Assembly: GCA_963745235.1 (NCBI GenBank)
Contig: CAVUXE010000028.1
Span: forward strand, 32,001-96,000
Direction: 5' to 3'
From: an uncultured Spirochaetota bacterium
GTDB taxonomy: Bacteria; Spirochaetota; Spirochaetia; SZUA-6; Fen-1364
DNA length: 64,000 bases
The position numbers and the translations under genes are program-made. The notes beneath the pieces are model-generated. The model worked only from the letters and a program-made list of their open reading frames with translations, had not been told where the DNA came from and ran no database searches. Below are positions 59,617-64,000 of this stretch, in pieces (the first letter of the stretch is position 1; each line of letters opens with the position of its first letter).

Positions 59617-60270
59617 TCACGGCTCCATCTTGTACACCATGGAAGCAATAGCCTTGGCCGAGGCAATATGGGCCCGCATCGCCTCCACGGCTCCGTCGGC
59701 GTCCCCATCCAGCATCCTCTCGAGGATCATGGCGTGCTCCTTGTTGCTCGCCGGAAGACGATCCCGGACCCGGGCTCCCAGGACGACGATGCGCATGTTC
59801 TGGGAGAGCACGGAGCTCATGAGGCGGACGAGGTAGACGTTTTCGGTCCGCTCGGCGAAGTAATTGTGCATCTCGAAGTCGCTGCGGATGATCGAGTCGG
59901 GATCCGACTTCTCTTTTGTAAAGATTCTGTGGTATTTCGCGAGCCTGTCCTTCTCCGCGGCCGGCGTTGCAAGGCGCACAATGAGCGGCTCGATGTTCTC
60001 CCGCACCGTATAGATCTGGCTGACTTCACTCAGGGAGATCGGGGCCACGATGACGCCGCGCCGGGGCATCACGACGAGAAGACCCTCAGCTTCCAGGGCG
60101 TTGACCGCCTCGCGTACCGGCGTGCGGCTGACGCCGATCTCCTTCATCAGCTCATTCTGGTCCACCACGGCCCCGGGCATCAGCTCGCAGGTGACGATCC
60201 TGCCCTTCAGGACCTCGTACGCCCTGGCGCCCAGCTTCGGGAAACCTCCGCCGTTCGCGAGACCAGCCAT
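59617..60270 (-). CDS. GntR-family regulator (FCD domain)
   Basis: AYE.LK..I.....PG, GVSRTPVREA..L..EGL...PRRG and EH..I. Confidence 0.9.
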   Translation of the reverse strand: MAGLANGGGFPKLGARAYEVLKGRIVTCELMPGAVVDQNELMKEIGVSRTPVREAVNALEAEGLLVVMPRRGVIVAPISLSEVSQIYTVRENIEPLIVRLATPAAEKDRLAKYHRIFTKEKSDPDSIIRSDFEMHNYFAERTENVYLVRLMSSVLSQNMRIVVLGARVRDRLPASNKEHAMILERMLDGDADGAVEAMRAHIASAKAIASMVYKMEP

Positions 60271-60300
60271 CAGGTTGCCCTCCCAGAACGCCCCACGTTC

Positions 60301-61252
60301 TTAGAACGCCGCACGCTTCTTTCCTTTCGGCACGGAGGCCACGAGGATGATCATCAGGAGCCCGCCCTGGATGATCCGCTGGAACGACGCGGGAAGCATC
60401 GTGAGGTTGAGAAAGGCCACCATCATCGTCAGGAGCAGGGAGCCTGCCACAGCCCCTGCCACGCTGGACTTGCCGCCCGCGGCGCTCGTTCCGCCGATCA
60501 CCGTGGCCGCTACCGAAGTCATGAGATATGCCACGCCCACGTCCTGGGACGCGCCGCCGAAGTACCCGCCCATGAGGGTACCCGTGATGCCCGCCAGGAC
60601 GCTGCTGACAACGAACGCGGTGATCACAACGCCCACGACGTTGATCCCGGCCAACGCCGCGGAGGTCCTGTTCTGCCCCACAGCGTGGAGGCGCTTTCCG
60701 AACTTTGTGCGGTACATGATGACGCCCATCACGAAGGCTGCGGCGGCGGCCACGTAGATCATGGGAGACAGGCCGAAAATCCTCAGCTTCTGCGTGAAGA
60801 ACGCGACGCTCGCGGAAGGCATGCCCGTGGTCATGCGGGAGACGATCAGCACGACGGAATAAACGATGAAGCCGACGGCAAGCGTCGTAATCATGGGAGG
60901 CACGCGAAGGTACAGGTTGATAACGCCGATCAGGATTCCGATGAGCGACGCACACGGCAAGGGAGGCGGCCAGGCCGGCGAGGATCCCGTAGTCTGACGT
61001 CAGCATCGAGGAAATGTAGGCAGCAAGCGCCACGGTGTACTGGCTCGACAGGTCGATGGCGCCGTTGCCGCTCGTGATGACCGTCATCTGGCCCAGGCTC
61101 AGGAGCACGAGGAAGCTGCCGAGGGTCGCGCTCACCGATATCATATGCAGGGAAAGCTGTCCTGTCATGATGCTGATGACGATCCACAGGGCAATCGAAC
61201 CAGCCACGGACCAGACCCAGACGTTCCTGCCAACGAAGTGCCCGAGCCTCAT
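60301..61252 (-). CDS. Sugar ABC transporter permease (frameshift near 60955)
   Basis: LGQM.VI.SG.G.IDLS, VPPMITTLA and YLM.SVAA.VIGGT...GG. Confidence 0.85.
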
Positions 61253-63727
61253 TTTCTCACCTCCATACGGGCGCTCACCAGCTTCAGGGCCAGCGCGGCA
61301 ATCAGGATCAGGCCGGTCACGGCGCTCTGCATATTCGAATCGATCCCGATGAAGGTAAGGAGGAACGAGATGCTGGAAATGCCCAGCGCGGCCATCACCA
61401 CGCCGACGGGTGAGCTTATCCCCCCGAAGAAGCTGCACCCTCCGAGAATGATGGTGGCGATGCTGAGCATGTTGTACGCCCTGCTGGAGTTGGCGTCCCC
61501 GCTGCTGGCGATTGCCGTCAGCATGAAAGCGCCTATCACCGTCATCAACCCGGAGAGGGCGTAGGCTACGGCCATGGCCGCGAACCGGGACCATCCGGCG
61601 CGGCTCAGGGCAGTGGGGTTGTTGCCCATGGCGTTGATGATCATGCCGTACTTGGAGCGCCTCACGATCCACCAGGAAAGAAGCGCCGCTCCTCCTGCAA
61701 TCACGATTGGCATCGGCACCACGGGGACTCGTGCGTTGTAGAAAGCGGACAGCCATGCGGGAGCGCTGCCCCCCGGGACGGGCGCGACGGTCAGGGCCAG
61801 GCCAAGCCATACGAAGGAGGCGCCGAGCGTGATGACGATGGCCGGGATGCGCGTGAAATAGATGACAGCCGCCAGGCCCGCGTATCCAAGGACCACGAGC
61901 AGCAGATACGAAGCGCCCAGACCCGGATTGCTTGTGAACACGATGGCGATGATCACGTTCAGAAGGCCGACGGACTGTCCGTTTCCAAGGTCTATTCCGC
62001 CCGTGATCACGATGAACATCTGTCCCAGCGCGATGAACACCAGGGGAATGGCGGAGGAGTACAAGAGCTGCACTCCGAGGTAGGACGTGATCCTGTGGTT
62101 GAAAGCCGAGTTGACCACGAAGATCGTGACCAGGGTGGCGAACGCGAGGAAAGCGCCGTTGTTGAAGATTCTGCGCACCGCGCCGCCGGCGCGCCTCGGG
62201 GAGCGGTTCCGCGCAATGGCTTCCTCTCCCGCGGCCCCTTTCGACTTCTCCTGAAACGACGTGGTGATGATGTTCTGCACGGAGACCTGATCTCCCACCA
62301 ACTCCCGGACTATCCTTCCTTCGTGCATGACGTAGACCCGGTCGCACTGCTCCATCTCGAGGTCTTCCGTGCTGTGCAGCAGGATGGCCTTTCCCTGCTG
62401 TCTCGCCTCGGCGAGCAGTCGGTAGATCTCCTGCTTCGTCTCCACGTCCACGCCGCTGGTTGGATCGTTCAGCAGCACGAGATCGGCTTCCGTTGCCAGG
62501 CACCGCGCGAGCAGGGCTTTCTGCTGGTTGCCCCCGGAAAGGCTGGTGATGGAGTCTCGGACTCCCCGCGCCCTGATCTTCAGCTTCTCATACCAGTACT
62601 TCGCGAGCGCCACGACCTTCCCCGTGTATACGAGACCGAAGCGGGTCACCCGGTCGAGGCTGGAGATCACGGTGTTGTCCGCGATGTCCCAGAGAGGAAA
62701 GATGCCCTCGTTGTGCCTGTCTCCGCTCGCGTAGGCAACATCCGCTTCCAGGCGAACGCCCGGGCTTCGCGTGCCGCGGGAGGCTCTGAAAACGGATTTG
62801 ATAAGCTCGGTCTGGCCGGCTCCCTGGAGGCCAGAGATCCCGACGATCTCCCCCTTTCGAACATGCAGGTTGATGTCGTGAAGCCCCTCCGTGCTGAGCC
62901 CGTGAATGCTGAGGGCAAGCGGAAGATCCAGATTTTCCTGGACCGCCGTGCGCGCGGCCTGGACCCTGCCCCCCAGGATCTCCACCAATTCACGCATGGA
63001 GGTGGATGCGCGGTAGCCCGCCCACTGCGTGGTGCCGCCCTTCATGACCACCACCCGGTGACAGACCTTCTCGATCTCATCCAGCTTGTGGGAGATGTAG
63101 ATGATGGCGATCCCCCGCTCCGCAAGGTCCCTCATTGCCGTCGTGGAGATGGGTGATCCTGTCTCCCGTCAGGGAGGAGGTGGGCTCGTCAAGCACCAGG
63201 AGTTTCAGCCCCGGCTGTGAGATGGCCTTTGCGATTTCGAGCATCTGGCGCTGCGGCAGCAGCAGGTCGCTCACCGGCGCGTACACATCGATTCCGTGGC
63301 CGGGAAAGAGCTCATCCAGGAACTTGCGGGCCACCTGCGCGCCCCGACGTCTCCATCCCGGCGCGCTGAAAGGCGCGTGGTCCACCAGGTTCACCAGGAA
63401 GTTCTCATACACCGTCAGGTTCGTGAAAAGCGAGAGCTCCTGATACGCGCAGGCCACGCCGCACTCCTTGGCCGTATTCGCGTTCAGGTCCGCGGTTGTC
63501 TTTCCGGCGGCCAGGAACGAAACGTCTCCGCTCGTAGGCGCTTCCACGCCGGTGATCACCTTGATGAGAGTGCTCTTGCCGGCGCCGTTCGGGCCGACGA
63601 GGCCGATGATCTCCCCGAGCCGGATCTCCAGGCTCATGTCTTTCAGCGCTCGCGTGGTGCCGAAGTTCTTGCAGATTGCCGTCAGCGTGAGAAAAGGACT
63701 ACGCGCCTGTGCTGCCTGATCGCTCAT
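61249..63727 (-). CDS. Fused sugar ABC ATPase (two NBDs) plus permease; frameshift near 63140
   Basis: GPNGAGKS and LDEPTSSL in the first frame; [13 protein letters not shown], then GGIDLG and SIATIILGG in one continuous frame. Confidence 0.82.
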
Positions 63728-63802
63728 TCGATTCGCGCCATGGTACACCTGTCCGCGGTGATATGCCAGGAACCGGTGAGAAAGTGGTTCCCGTGAGAAC
63801 CG

Positions 63803-63828
63803 CGGCGGGCCCCGCGTGGAGCCCGCCG
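63803..63828 (-). terminator. Intercistronic stem-loop after binding-protein gene
   Basis: CGGCGGGC-N10-GCCCGCCG inverted repeat. Confidence 0.45.
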
Positions 63829-63851
63829 TCCCTGTTCGGATGCGGTCAGTC

Positions 63852-64000
63852 CTATTTCTTGTAGTACGTGCTCACGATCCAGTCGTGGTCATACCCCTTC
63901 GCGGCAACCTCGTCCGGCTTGAGGTTGGCGAAGTCGTCCACCATGTCCTGCGTAACGCTGAGAGCGGGCATGATCATGGTCTTGGGAACCTTCACGCCTC
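63852..64000 (-). CDS. C-terminus of a sugar ABC substrate-binding protein (start lies outside the window)
   Basis: ..[48 protein letters not shown], directly upstream of ABC genes. Confidence 0.7.
   Translation of the reverse strand, partial: GVKVPKTMIMPALSVTQDMVDDFANLKPDEVAAKGYDHDWIVSTYYKK

Noticed and set aside
60152-62503. 783-aa minus-strand Arg/Pro/His-rich ORF
   Set aside because: Off-frame reading of the permease genes; only the segment from 61252 to about 60955 is real coding, as the N-terminus of the frameshifted permease
1-64000. tRNA, rRNA, riboswitch, IS, prophage or defence genes
   Set aside because: None recognised by eye; a covariance-model scan of the gaps at 45082-45464 and 57635-58055 would be needed to exclude small RNAs

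Overview
GC-rich bacterial DNA that is almost entirely a carbohydrate-uptake and catabolism region. Binding-protein signal peptides ending in 'FAGG(K/S)(Q/K)E', plus an MCP/PilZ pair, suggest a free-living spirochaete (inference only). Main blocks: (1) the end of a CUT1 ABC operon with a GH35 glycosidase; (2) a 14 kb minus-strand operon (2.7-17 kb) under a HutC/GntR regulator, with a fucose-isomerase-like enzyme, class II aldolase, split transketolase, SAF-domain oxidoreductase, CUT2 ABC transporter, Gfo/Idh/MocA dehydrogenase, URO-D-family protein and two TIM-barrel isomerases, but no kinase; (3) an MCP-PilZ island; (4) a 12 kb sugar-acid-type operon (19.9-31.9 kb) divergent from a SorC-family regulator, whose KdgK-like kinase lacks the catalytic Asp; (5) a partly decayed redox/metal module; (6) a type IIIA P-type H+-ATPase; (7) acoABC-like genes without E3; (8) a SARP/BTAD-TPR regulator facing a DUF2917-like gene across five phased CGT(A/C)ACG heptamers; (9) further sugar-acid loci with two more URO-D-like proteins and two more CUT2 transporters. 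At least ten genes carry small indels, mostly single-base changes in G/C homopolymers, which looks like long-read error rather than true decay. No rRNA, tRNA, CRISPR array or intact mobile element was seen. All functional calls are from motif recognition by eye, with no database search.
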